Shown in pieces: positions 56,997 through 64,000 of a stretch of DNA of 64,000 nucleotides (the stretch's first letter is position 1; each line of letters opens with the position of its first letter). The translations under genes and the position numbers were made by a program. Origin of the DNA: a virus (Duplodnaviria > Caudoviricetes); the IMG/VR virus record IMGVR_UViG_3300005656_000005, positions 13,239-77,238 of that record; one strand, 5' to 3'. The notes under the pieces were generated by a model. The model searched no databases and had not been told where the DNA came from. It saw nothing but the letters and a program-made list of their open reading frames with translations.

Positions 56997-57653
56997 CTAT
57001 ATATTTTTTTTGAGTTCTATATTCTCTTTTCTGGTTGCCTTTAATTCACTATTCATTCTGGACATAGAATCAGCCATCTTGGAAAAATGTTCTGATAATT
57101 CATCCGGTTCCCCGGTTCTTCCTGGATCACCCATTACTTTATGTTGAGTTGCCTGTTCATCACGAATATTATTTAATTGCTGCCAGCGTTCTTCTCTATA
57201 TTTTTCAAAGGCTGTCATAAATTTTGGAATATCCATACTTTCATACATTGCCCCGTACTCACCCCTTACTAATTTTTGTAGAAACAACATCAAATCCTCC
57301 ATAGCCAGGTTATCTTCTCCAGCGGTATCAATTACCGCTTCTGCTAAATCAAGTGTTTGAATAGGGTTCATCCCACGGTTTAAGTTCATCCCTTCAAAAG
57401 CTAATGTCAATGCTGCGGTAATAATTCCAACAATATTTGCAAAATCTTTTTTAGCTAATTCGGGTATCCTTTCACTCAAAGGGATAGATAAAACTTTATC
57501 GTATTTCACAAGGCCTTGCGGTGTCTTATAATCTCTTAAAATTGTAGATACTTGCAGTTTATCACCTGCCACCATAGCGTTTATTAAATTCATCCTTAAC
57601 GCCACTCCTGTATTCTCCTGTGTTTTTTGTACCTGATTGTTTTGCGTTTCCAT
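56997..57653 (-). CDS. Replication-associated protein (helicase-loader position); true start may be a downstream Met
   Basis: Directly after the initiator gene; helical. Confidence 0.45.
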   Translation of the reverse strand: METQNNQVQKTQENTGVALRMNLINAMVAGDKLQVSTILRDYKTPQGLVKYDKVLSIPLSERIPELAKKDFANIVGIITAALTLAFEGMNLNRGMNPIQTLDLAEAVIDTAGEDNLAMEDLMLFLQKLVRGEYGAMYESMDIPKFMTAFEKYREERWQQLNNIRDEQATQHKVMGDPGRTGEPDELSEHFSKMADSMSRMNSELKATRKENIELKKNI

Positions 57654-58449
57654 GTTTTTTATTTTCGTATTCTAAATATTGTGGGATTCTAAAAAATAAA
57701 TTTTGCTGTGGCGTTACTCCGGTTGATAATATTCCTTCAACTACCCCTTTCCATTTATCCGGCAGAAATCCTTTTTGTGTAATTAATTCTCCAAAATCAA
57801 TTGGGGTAACAAATTTTGCCCTAAAAATTTCATCGTAATTATTTTCTTTTATAAAATCAACAAATTCCTTCCATTTTATAAAAATAATTTCGCTCAATTT
57901 TGAAGCCTGGCCATTTAGGATTGTTCGGTATTCTTCCCAATTTTTTTGATAAATTAATTCAAGATCAAATTTTACAGGTTCTTCCTTTCCTATAATCCTT
58001 TCCTTTTCCTTATTCCCTTTCCTATTCCCTTTCCCTTTCCTGTCGTCCAAGTTGTTTCCTATATTATTCTTTGGTGTTTCCAAAGTGTTTCCTGTTTCAT
58101 AACCTATTGGTGGTGAAGGTATTTTGCTTTCATAAGTTGCTTCTGATCCAGTAATTCTTTGGTGTTCTTTGAATGATGGAATAACCCCGTAAAATTTATT
58201 CTCTACCTCATACTTTTTCAAAAACTCATTTTTTTCCAGAGAATTTAAAACATTTTCAAAGTTTAATTCATCATACGGCAGCACATCTAACTTTAATTGG
58301 TTTGGATTCCATTTAAACCGTCCCTCTTTATCAGCACAAAGCCATAGCCCAGAGAAGGCAAGTCTTAATGGCAACCCTGATTCCTTTTCAGCTAAAAAAA
58401 GATCATGATGCCTATAAAATTCCGGTTTTATAGTTCTAATCCTTGCCAC
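57562..58449 (-). CDS. Phage replication initiator / replisome organiser
   Basis: MARIRTIKPEFY...RLAFSGLWLCADKEGRF N-terminal wHTH with low-complexity KGKGNRKGNKEKE linker. Confidence 0.8.
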   Translation of the reverse strand: MARIRTIKPEFYRHHDLFLAEKESGLPLRLAFSGLWLCADKEGRFKWNPNQLKLDVLPYDELNFENVLNSLEKNEFLKKYEVENKFYGVIPSFKEHQRITGSEATYESKIPSPPIGYETGNTLETPKNNIGNNLDDRKGKGNRKGNKEKERIIGKEEPVKFDLELIYQKNWEEYRTILNGQASKLSEIIFIKWKEFVDFIKENNYDEIFRAKFVTPIDFGELITQKGFLPDKWKGVVEGILSTGVTPQQNLFFRIPQYLEYENKKHGNAKQSGTKNTGEYRSGVKDEFNKRYGGR

Positions 58450-58930
58450 TAATCACCTCCTTTTTTTTTAAGGCTTTTTTAACAGGCTCAATTGGCCTTT
58501 CTGTTACTTCATGGTACGCATTCAAAACAGCGTTGTAAATCTCTTTTTTAAAATCCTTTATTTCCCATAACATATAAATTAGGTCATGTAATTCTTCTTC
58601 GGTTAAAGATGTAAATAATTGAACAGCGCAACTTTGAATAAATGTGTCTTTAAGTTTTAGCCTTAATTGTTTTATTATTTCTTTTTCATAAACAGGGCGT
58701 TCCTTATTTATTTCATCATGGCAACTTTCGCACACAGTCATAAAATACTCATTAGGGTAATCCCACGGATCGTTACCCGAAATATAATCAAGATGATGTA
58801 CGTGTAAAGTAGATGTTTTATCAAAACAACCCCCATTGGTGCAAGTAAAGTTATCCCTTGATAAAATTTCAAGTCGTTTCTTTTGCCAACGTGGATCTTT
58901 TAATTTCTCTACGTAAGTAATTTTTGCCAT
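58436..58930 (-). CDS. HNH endonuclease; start moved to MAKITY
   Basis: KLKDPRWQKKRLEILSRDNFTC...LHVHHLDY...VCESCH. Confidence 0.82.
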   Translation of the reverse strand: MAKITYVEKLKDPRWQKKRLEILSRDNFTCTNGGCFDKTSTLHVHHLDYISGNDPWDYPNEYFMTVCESCHDEINKERPVYEKEIIKQLRLKLKDTFIQSCAVQLFTSLTEEELHDLIYMLWEIKDFKKEIYNAVLNAYHEVTERPIEPVKKALKKKEVISGKD

Positions 58931-58941
58931 TATTAGCAATA

Positions 58942-59160
58942 TTAAGCAGGGTTTTGAACAAGATTGATTCCTAATATTTCTGAAAGTGCAGTAAGTTCTG
59001 CTTCTTCAAAACAGTTTCCATTTTTTTTGTTGGAAAACTGAACCTCGGTAATACTGATACCTTTTTCCTGGAGTTTTGCTATAATAGATTTTTGGGTTCT
59101 ACCATCCTTGTAGCGATCTATTTGTTCACCGATGGTTAATGCTGCTTTTATTGTTGCCAT
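58942..59160 (-). CDS. Cro/XRE-like HTH regulator
   Basis: 72 aa, first gene of the divergent arm, GRTQKSI...GISITEVQFSNKKNG...ELTALSEILG. Confidence 0.65.
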   Translation of the reverse strand: MATIKAALTIGEQIDRYKDGRTQKSIIAKLQEKGISITEVQFSNKKNGNCFEEAELTALSEILGINLVQNPA

Positions 59161-59176
59161 TTTTAAAAAGTTTCCA

Positions 59177-59184
59177 CAAACATA
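59177..59184 (-). promoter_or_regulatory. Bacteroidota sigma-A -7 box for the leftward (XRE/replication) arm
   Basis: TATGTTTG on the minus strand, 16 nt upstream of the ATG at 59160; -33 box only TTTA. Confidence 0.55.
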
Positions 59185-59193
59185 AAAACAATA

Positions 59194-59224
59194 TTTGGAA
59201 AATAAAAATAATTATTTACTTTTG
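59194..59224 (+). promoter_or_regulatory. Bacteroidota sigma-A promoter for the rightward (ninG) arm
   Basis: TTTG (59194-59197), 19-nt spacer, TACTTTTG (59217-59224). Confidence 0.7.
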
Positions 59225-59246
59225 TTTTCAAATAACCGCAAAACGA

Positions 59247-59858
59247 ATGAGTAATCTCCAGCAATTTAAAATCGGTGACTGTTCCTGCGGATGTGGTGGA
59301 ATAAGCGTACATGGCCGGAAAGTGGGTAAGATATTTTACTGTTTGAATAGCTACCAAAACATGAAAAGAAAGCAGTATGCCTCAAAAACAAATCAAAATA
59401 ATAAAGTCAGATCACTTGGAAATAAGCAAGTACAGGAAGGGAATTACGATGCGGCCAGCAGACAGGCTTTAAAATATGATCTGGATTATTGTTTCAGGAG
59501 AATAGTAAAAATGACCGCAGCCGATAATGATGATGGTTTAGTTTCTTGTTACACTTGTACCAATATCGCTCACTGGTCAATGCCATTTATGCAATGCGGA
59601 CACTTTATTAAAAGGGGTGAAACACAGTTACGTTGGGATTTTCGTAATGCCCGTGTACAGTGCAAAACCTGTAATGAAAATTTAGAAGGAAATTTAAAAA
59701 TTTATGCCGAAAGATTAAATGAAGAATATCCAGGCTTGCCAGATCAGCTTCGTGAAATAGCCCAGGAACCGTACAGTTACGGAATTTCAGAATTAAAGCA
59801 ACTACTGATTGATCTCCGGGCCAAACTAAGAATTGTAGAAGCTAACCATATAAAGTAA
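59247..59858 (+). CDS. ninG: NinG/Rap-family recombination endonuclease; start moved to MSNLQQ
   Basis: LD..FRRIV...CYTC...QCGHFIKRG....RWD.RN...QC..CN..L.GN...Y..RL. Confidence 0.82.
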   Translation: MSNLQQFKIGDCSCGCGGISVHGRKVGKIFYCLNSYQNMKRKQYASKTNQNNKVRSLGNKQVQEGNYDAASRQALKYDLDYCFRRIVKMTAADNDDGLVSCYTCTNIAHWSMPFMQCGHFIKRGETQLRWDFRNARVQCKTCNENLEGNLKIYAERLNEEYPGLPDQLREIAQEPYSYGISELKQLLIDLRAKLRIVEANHIK

Positions 59859-59880
59859 TAACCAAAAAAACAGTTAAATT

Positions 59881-60075
59881 ATGAAAAAGGGTTTTTATAG
59901 GGAAGATGAAACCGCTTTAACCAAAAGGAAAGTTTATACAAAACGTGAAAAAGATTTGTATAACAGGGCTGTGAAAAGATGTGCAAACTTGGTTGCAACT
60001 TATGATGGTATTATTCCTGACCAATTTGAAAGGGCAGTCATCGTTAATGCCATTATAAAATTTACGAAAAGATAA
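59881..60075 (+). CDS. Hypothetical protein
   Basis: 64-aa ORF. Confidence 0.5.
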   Translation: MKKGFYREDETALTKRKVYTKREKDLYNRAVKRCANLVATYDGIIPDQFERAVIVNAIIKFTKR

Positions 60076-60145
60076 TACCACTAACCAAAACCCAACCACC
60101 TAAGCCCTATACAAAGAGATTTTTAAACAGTTTAAAATATGAATT

Positions 60146-60322
60146 ATGGGATTCTTTTCAAGTATTACAAGCGCAATAGTAAAGACAGTATTAACCCCTG
60201 TGGCAGTTGTAAAGGATGTTGTGAATATTGCAACAGGTGAAGAAGCTGATGCCACTAAGGAGCTACTTCAATCAGCAGGTGAAGATTTAGAAGATGCTAT
60301 TGATGATGCCTGTGGTGGATAA
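60146..60322 (+). CDS. Small protein (58 aa), below cutoff
   Basis: MGFFSSITSAIVKTVLTPVAVVKDVVNIATGEEADATKELLQSAGEDLEDAIDDACGG*. Confidence 0.6.
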   Translation: MGFFSSITSAIVKTVLTPVAVVKDVVNIATGEEADATKELLQSAGEDLEDAIDDACGG

Positions 60323-60396
60323 TTAACCCCCTGTACTTACATGGGGAGTAAAAAATAAAAACAATTAAACACTTAACCCCTAAACCCCACTGACCA

Positions 60397-60531
60397 ATGA
60401 AAAAGAAAAAGCCAAAATACCAGTACGTCAACCTTGACGGTCAAGCAATCACCGGGGAATGGGATTGTATGGCTAAGTTTGGAATTAAAAAAGTTGTTGT
60501 AAAAAGTAAAATTAAAACCAATGAACAGTAA
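60397..60531 (+). CDS. Small basic protein (44 aa), below cutoff
   Basis: MKKKKPKYQYVNLDGQAITGEWDCMAKFGIKKVVVKSKIKTNEQ*. Confidence 0.4.
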   Translation: MKKKKPKYQYVNLDGQAITGEWDCMAKFGIKKVVVKSKIKTNEQ

Positions 60532-60865
60532 TAAACGTGATATAGTTCCAGAATCAGATTGCGGTAACTACCTAACCCCTGCACCAGTAGCGGAACTACC
60601 AAAGGATGCAGAGGGGAAGGCTAAGGAACTTATGGAGAAGTTTTTAACTAAGGTAGGGCAGGAATGTGAGCATGACAGTTATTGCGATAAGCCTGAATGT
60701 TGTTATAATGGAATAGTTCATTGTGTTGTGAATTTAGACATAGCAAAACAGTGCGCCCTTATTTGTGTGGATGAAATATTGAATTGTAAGCATGGATGGA
60801 ACAAAGAAACATCATCATTCGTTACCTACTGGCAACAAGTACGCACAGCAATTAACCAATTATAA
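60521..60865 (+). CDS. Hypothetical Cys-containing protein
   Basis: 114 aa, AKELMEKF...AKQCALICVDEI...YWQQVR. Confidence 0.55.
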   Translation: MNSNKRDIVPESDCGNYLTPAPVAELPKDAEGKAKELMEKFLTKVGQECEHDSYCDKPECCYNGIVHCVVNLDIAKQCALICVDEILNCKHGWNKETSSFVTYWQQVRTAINQL

Positions 60866-60883
60866 ACTAAATAAAGTAAGGAT

Positions 60884-61153
60884 ATGAAATACGTTTTAGT
60901 AATTATTTTCTTGGCATCATGTACGGTTTATAAGAAGCCGCAGAAATTTGATTTTGGTAAAGGATTAGTATTATGCCATTGCCCATCAGATTCAGTATAT
61001 AAGCTTACTTCCCCTGCGGTTGTAGGAAAAGTAAACCCTGATTCCTGTAAGCATTATTATACAATGGTAACATTAATGGCTTGTAATCCTCCATCAAATC
61101 AATGTAATATCGCTACCTGTATGGATTGCGGCTACAGTTGGAAATCATATTAA
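60884..61153 (+). CDS. Predicted lipoprotein with Cys/His zinc-ribbon-like motifs
   Basis: MKYVLVIIFLAS|C lipobox; CHC...CKH...C...CNIATCMDCG. Confidence 0.6.
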   Translation: MKYVLVIIFLASCTVYKKPQKFDFGKGLVLCHCPSDSVYKLTSPAVVGKVNPDSCKHYYTMVTLMACNPPSNQCNIATCMDCGYSWKSY

Positions 61154-61233
61154 CCACCACCTAAAACAGCAATACGGCATGGCCAAAGATTAATGGATGC
61201 GGCAATTTACTTTTATCTAAAAAACAAACAACC

Positions 61234-61818
61234 ATGACAAACACAAATCAACAGGAACAGCTTTACAGCCGACAAGATGTAATTAACGCATGGGATAGTG
61301 CCTATGGAGGCGACAGATATTTAAGCGGTGAAGATTACGTTGATGACCTTTTACCAAGCCCACCAGTAGAGGATGGTAAACAGGGAGGGGAGGTGGAGGA
61401 ATTTTTGGAGTACATCCATAATGCAAGGAATAAATTTACTGCTTTTATTGGTTCTTATGAGTGGAGAAACGATTTAAGAACAAGCGTTGATGATATTTTA
61501 ATTGCTTATGACCAAATGACCGACAGGCTCAAATCCCAACCCTCTACCCCTGTACAGGATGGATGGGTAAGCGAAAAGCCAAATAAGGAATGTGTGTTTG
61601 TTTCAGCCACTAAATATGAAAGGAATGATGAAGATTTGCTTTGGGATTATACGGTTTGGCAAATTAAAAAATTAGACGGGGAAGATGAAGATGGCAATCC
61701 TGCATGGTATTTTGGATTGCTTAATGGGGATGGCGAAGAATGGGGGCCGCTGGAAGATTTATCTGCTCACCTTTATAAAATTATCCCCTTACCACCCGTA
61801 AACAAACAACCTTTGTAA
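61234..61818 (+). CDS. Hypothetical protein
   Basis: 194 aa acidic. Confidence 0.55.
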   Translation: MTNTNQQEQLYSRQDVINAWDSAYGGDRYLSGEDYVDDLLPSPPVEDGKQGGEVEEFLEYIHNARNKFTAFIGSYEWRNDLRTSVDDILIAYDQMTDRLKSQPSTPVQDGWVSEKPNKECVFVSATKYERNDEDLLWDYTVWQIKKLDGEDEDGNPAWYFGLLNGDGEEWGPLEDLSAHLYKIIPLPPVNKQPL

Positions 61819-61819
61819 T

Positions 61820-62071
61820 ATGCCATTACCAACATATAAAAAATATAAACTAAGGAGAGAAATAGAGTCATCTAATATATTTTTTGACACAAACAAATCG
61901 AACCTTATTGTTGAATACTCTAAGTGTAAAAATTATTTTCGATTAATAAAAACAGATGGGGCTACTTATTTATGGAATAGAATTAATGAAAATTCTGGGT
62001 TAAGGGTATCACCAAATAACAGGTATTGGTATAATAGCAATGGTAGGTGTATTACATTCCCTATTTTTTAA
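61820..62071 (+). CDS. Hypothetical basic protein
   Basis: 83 aa, flanked by an 18-bp direct repeat. Confidence 0.5.
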   Translation: MPLPTYKKYKLRREIESSNIFFDTNKSNLIVEYSKCKNYFRLIKTDGATYLWNRINENSGLRVSPNNRYWYNSNGRCITFPIF

Positions 62072-62098
62072 CAACCTTTGTAATATGGGATAAAATAA

Positions 62099-62124
62099 AA
62101 AAGCCACCTGTTAGAGTGGCTTTT
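62099..62124. terminator. Bidirectional intrinsic terminator between convergent arms
   Basis: AAAAGCCAC-ctgttaga-GTGGCTTTT, with T-runs on both strands. Confidence 0.8.
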
Positions 62125-62184
62125 ACCTTACCCTGATTCTTGTAAGGATTTTAACCTGTTTGTTTTATTGGGAATGATAAGTAT

Positions 62185-62451
62185 TTAGATACAATCAATT
62201 TTCTTTTGGGATTGATGGTTTATGCAGAACTTAGATGCCAGTTGTTCGGTCAATGATAAATGTTTGGAACAACCAAATTCTGCACACACTATTGGTTCAT
62301 CCTGGTCTGCCCCATTAAAATTAATTCTTGTTGGTGGAATAACCAGTAATATATCCTTCATCATTTCTTTTACAGTTTCCCTACCACTTCTTAATGAATA
62401 ATAATGACGGTTATAATCTGCCATGTAATGCTGTCTTTCTTCTTTGGTCAT
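62185..62451 (-). CDS. Hypothetical protein with C-terminal Cys motif
   Basis: CAEFGC...FCINH. Confidence 0.5.
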   Translation of the reverse strand: MTKEERQHYMADYNRHYYSLRSGRETVKEMMKDILLVIPPTRINFNGADQDEPIVCAEFGCSKHLSLTEQLASKFCINHQSQKKIDCI

Positions 62452-62466
62452 ATTATTGGTTGTATT

Positions 62467-63651
62467 TTATTTTCCCTGGTTTACTGATTTTATTTTAGCC
62501 TCAATCTCATTTTTCATTTCTTCATTATCATTCAGGAGTTGTTTTACCGAATCTATGCCTTGTCCTATTTGAGATCCGTTGTAACTAAACCAGCTACCAC
62601 TTTTTTTAATAACCCCTTTCTCTATTGCTAATTCAACAATTTCTCCCAGTGTGTCTATTCCGGTTCCGTACATGATATTAAAAACAGCTTTTCTAAAAGG
62701 TGCTGCACATTTATTCTTGATAACCTTAACAGTAGTTTGATTACCCTCTTTAACACCATTTGCAAATACTGAATTATCATTAGTTATTGAACGCCTTACC
62801 TCTAATCGAACAGAAGCGTAAAACTGCAAAGACATCCCGCCTGTTGTAACTTCTGGACTGCCATGTAGTACCCCGATTTTATGCCTTAACTGATTAATGA
62901 AAATACAAAGGCAATCATGTTTAGCTATTGTCCCAACCATTTTTCTGCAAACCTGCGACATTAATCTTGCGTGTAATCCCATTTTATTATCACCGCACTC
63001 CCCTTCCAATTCGGCTTTTGGTATCATTGCCGCAACACTATCAATAACCACTACATCCGCTTTGCCTGAACTCATTAATCTATCCGCAACTTCAAAACCC
63101 TGTTCTCCACATGACGGTTGACAATATTGTAATTCATCTACATTTACTCCCAAAGCTGCCGCATATTCGGGGTCAAAAGCATTTTCAGCATCTACCAATA
63201 AACATTTCAACCCTTGTTTTTGGGCATCGGCAATAGCGTATAAAGCAATCGTTGTTTTACCGGAACTTTCCCATCCAAAAATTTCAACTATTCTGCCTCT
63301 TGGTAATCCGCCAATTCCTAATGCCTCATTTAATAAAAGTGAACCCGTAGATATTGTTTGGTATTTTGAGTCTGGTTTCGCACCAAACATCATTACTGTT
63401 CCTGCACCAAAATCTTTGTTGATTTTATCCATCGTTTCATTTGAAGTAGAAAGTATTTTTTTAGAAGGCTTTTCTTTTAATCCAACTTCATCAACTACTA
63501 ATTCTGTTTTGGGAATAATAACCGGAATTTCAGGAACAATAATAGGTTCTTTGTTGTTAAATTTAACCCTGCAATTAGCAGAACAAAATTTTGCAGAACT
63601 TCTTTGGGCTTCAAAAGATTTTCCACATTCAAGGCAATTTACTGTAATCAT
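62467..63651 (-). CDS. recA: RecA recombinase with N-terminal C4 zinc-finger extension
   Basis: STGSLLL..ALGIGGLPRGRIVEIFGWESSGKTT, VVIDSVAAMIPKAELEGE, FINQLR.KIG, TTGG..L.FYASVR, G.WFSY; N-terminal CLECGKSF...KFCSANCR. Confidence 0.95.
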   Translation of the reverse strand: MITVNCLECGKSFEAQRSSAKFCSANCRVKFNNKEPIIVPEIPVIIPKTELVVDEVGLKEKPSKKILSTSNETMDKINKDFGAGTVMMFGAKPDSKYQTISTGSLLLNEALGIGGLPRGRIVEIFGWESSGKTTIALYAIADAQKQGLKCLLVDAENAFDPEYAAALGVNVDELQYCQPSCGEQGFEVADRLMSSGKADVVVIDSVAAMIPKAELEGECGDNKMGLHARLMSQVCRKMVGTIAKHDCLCIFINQLRHKIGVLHGSPEVTTGGMSLQFYASVRLEVRRSITNDNSVFANGVKEGNQTTVKVIKNKCAAPFRKAVFNIMYGTGIDTLGEIVELAIEKGVIKKSGSWFSYNGSQIGQGIDSVKQLLNDNEEMKNEIEAKIKSVNQGK

Positions 63652-63709
63652 TAGCGTAAAGTTTTAATTGGTGAATAATTACGCTAAAATACGCTAACAT
63701 TTACGCTAA
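63651..63709. promoter_or_regulatory. Four TACGCTAA-core repeats upstream of recA
   Basis: TTACGCTAA 63679-87, ATACGCTAA 63689-97, TTACGCTAA 63701-09, and inverted TTAGCGTAA 63651-59 abutting the start codon. Confidence 0.65.
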
Positions 63710-64000
63710 TCCAAGTTTTTTACCATTTATTTTTACGGTAACTAATCAATAAAACCACCATAAGCGGTAAAATATTAACGATACCCAAACCCTATATAAA
63801 CCCAGTTTCCAATAATTTGCCGATTAAGCCACAAAACAGGCAATAAGGTATAAACAGCCAACCAAACCCAGGAACGGCAAATTTGCCCCTATAAACTATA
63901 CTGACAATTAATTTTTGCCTATATCATAACTCCCAAACTTTGCCAGACCTGCCCAACCTGGAAGCAAACCAAGATCATAAACAGTATAAAACCCAATACC

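Noticed and set aside
60327-60346. CCCCCTGTA-CT-TACATGGGG hairpin after the 58-aa ORF
   Set aside because: No U-tract on the coding strand and a very tight loop; not supportable as a terminator
1-64000. Stop-codon reassignment as in some crAss-like phages
   Set aside because: Long genes are intact in the standard code and TAG/TGA occur at sensible gene ends with coupled starts
63710-64000. Partial ORFs at the right edge
   Set aside because: Frames are short and ambiguous; no product can be supported
1-64000. tRNA genes, DGR (reverse transcriptase with TR/VR), integrase/att sites, endolysin
   Set aside because: No cloverleaf or T-arm signature, RT motif, tyrosine/serine recombinase motif or lysin catalytic motif recognised

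Overview
The whole window is one dsDNA tailed-phage (or prophage) segment, AT-rich, read in the standard genetic code, with both ends cutting through sequence. A Bacteroidota host is inferred from Gln(+1) signal peptides, A-rich translation starts and canonical TAnnTTTG promoters. Reading the minus strand from right to left: (i) recA with an N-terminal zinc finger (62.5-63.7 kb); (ii) a short plus-strand arm of ninG plus small genes (59.2-62.1 kb) diverging from an XRE/HNH/replication-initiator arm; (iii) an accessory small-gene region with lipoproteins and a ParB-like protein (50.5-57 kb); (iv) a ~9 kb soluble glycan-synthesis cluster with 3x GT25, GT11, GT2, a GDP-mannose 3,5-epimerase-like enzyme, a Nudix hydrolase and 4 SAM methyltransferases (41.5-50.5 kb); (v) a solo LuxR-type HTH; (vi) a crAss-like podovirus structural operon: scaffold, major capsid, ring/adaptor proteins, nozzle, ejection proteins, a 2335-aa polyvalent protein, portal, small and large terminase; (vii) two fibre/spike-like genes that both carry Sec signal peptides. 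No integrase, endolysin, DNA polymerase, virion RNA polymerase, tRNA or CRISPR array is recognisable. The best candidates for an undescribed system are the glycan cluster next to the capsid operon, the exported fibre/spike pair, the cysteine partition of the virion with a CxxC membrane protein, the Zn-finger-RecA with upstream repeats, a two-stem structured leader before an HNH gene, and several genes flanked by short direct repeats. All functional calls come from motif recognition by eye; no database searches were run.
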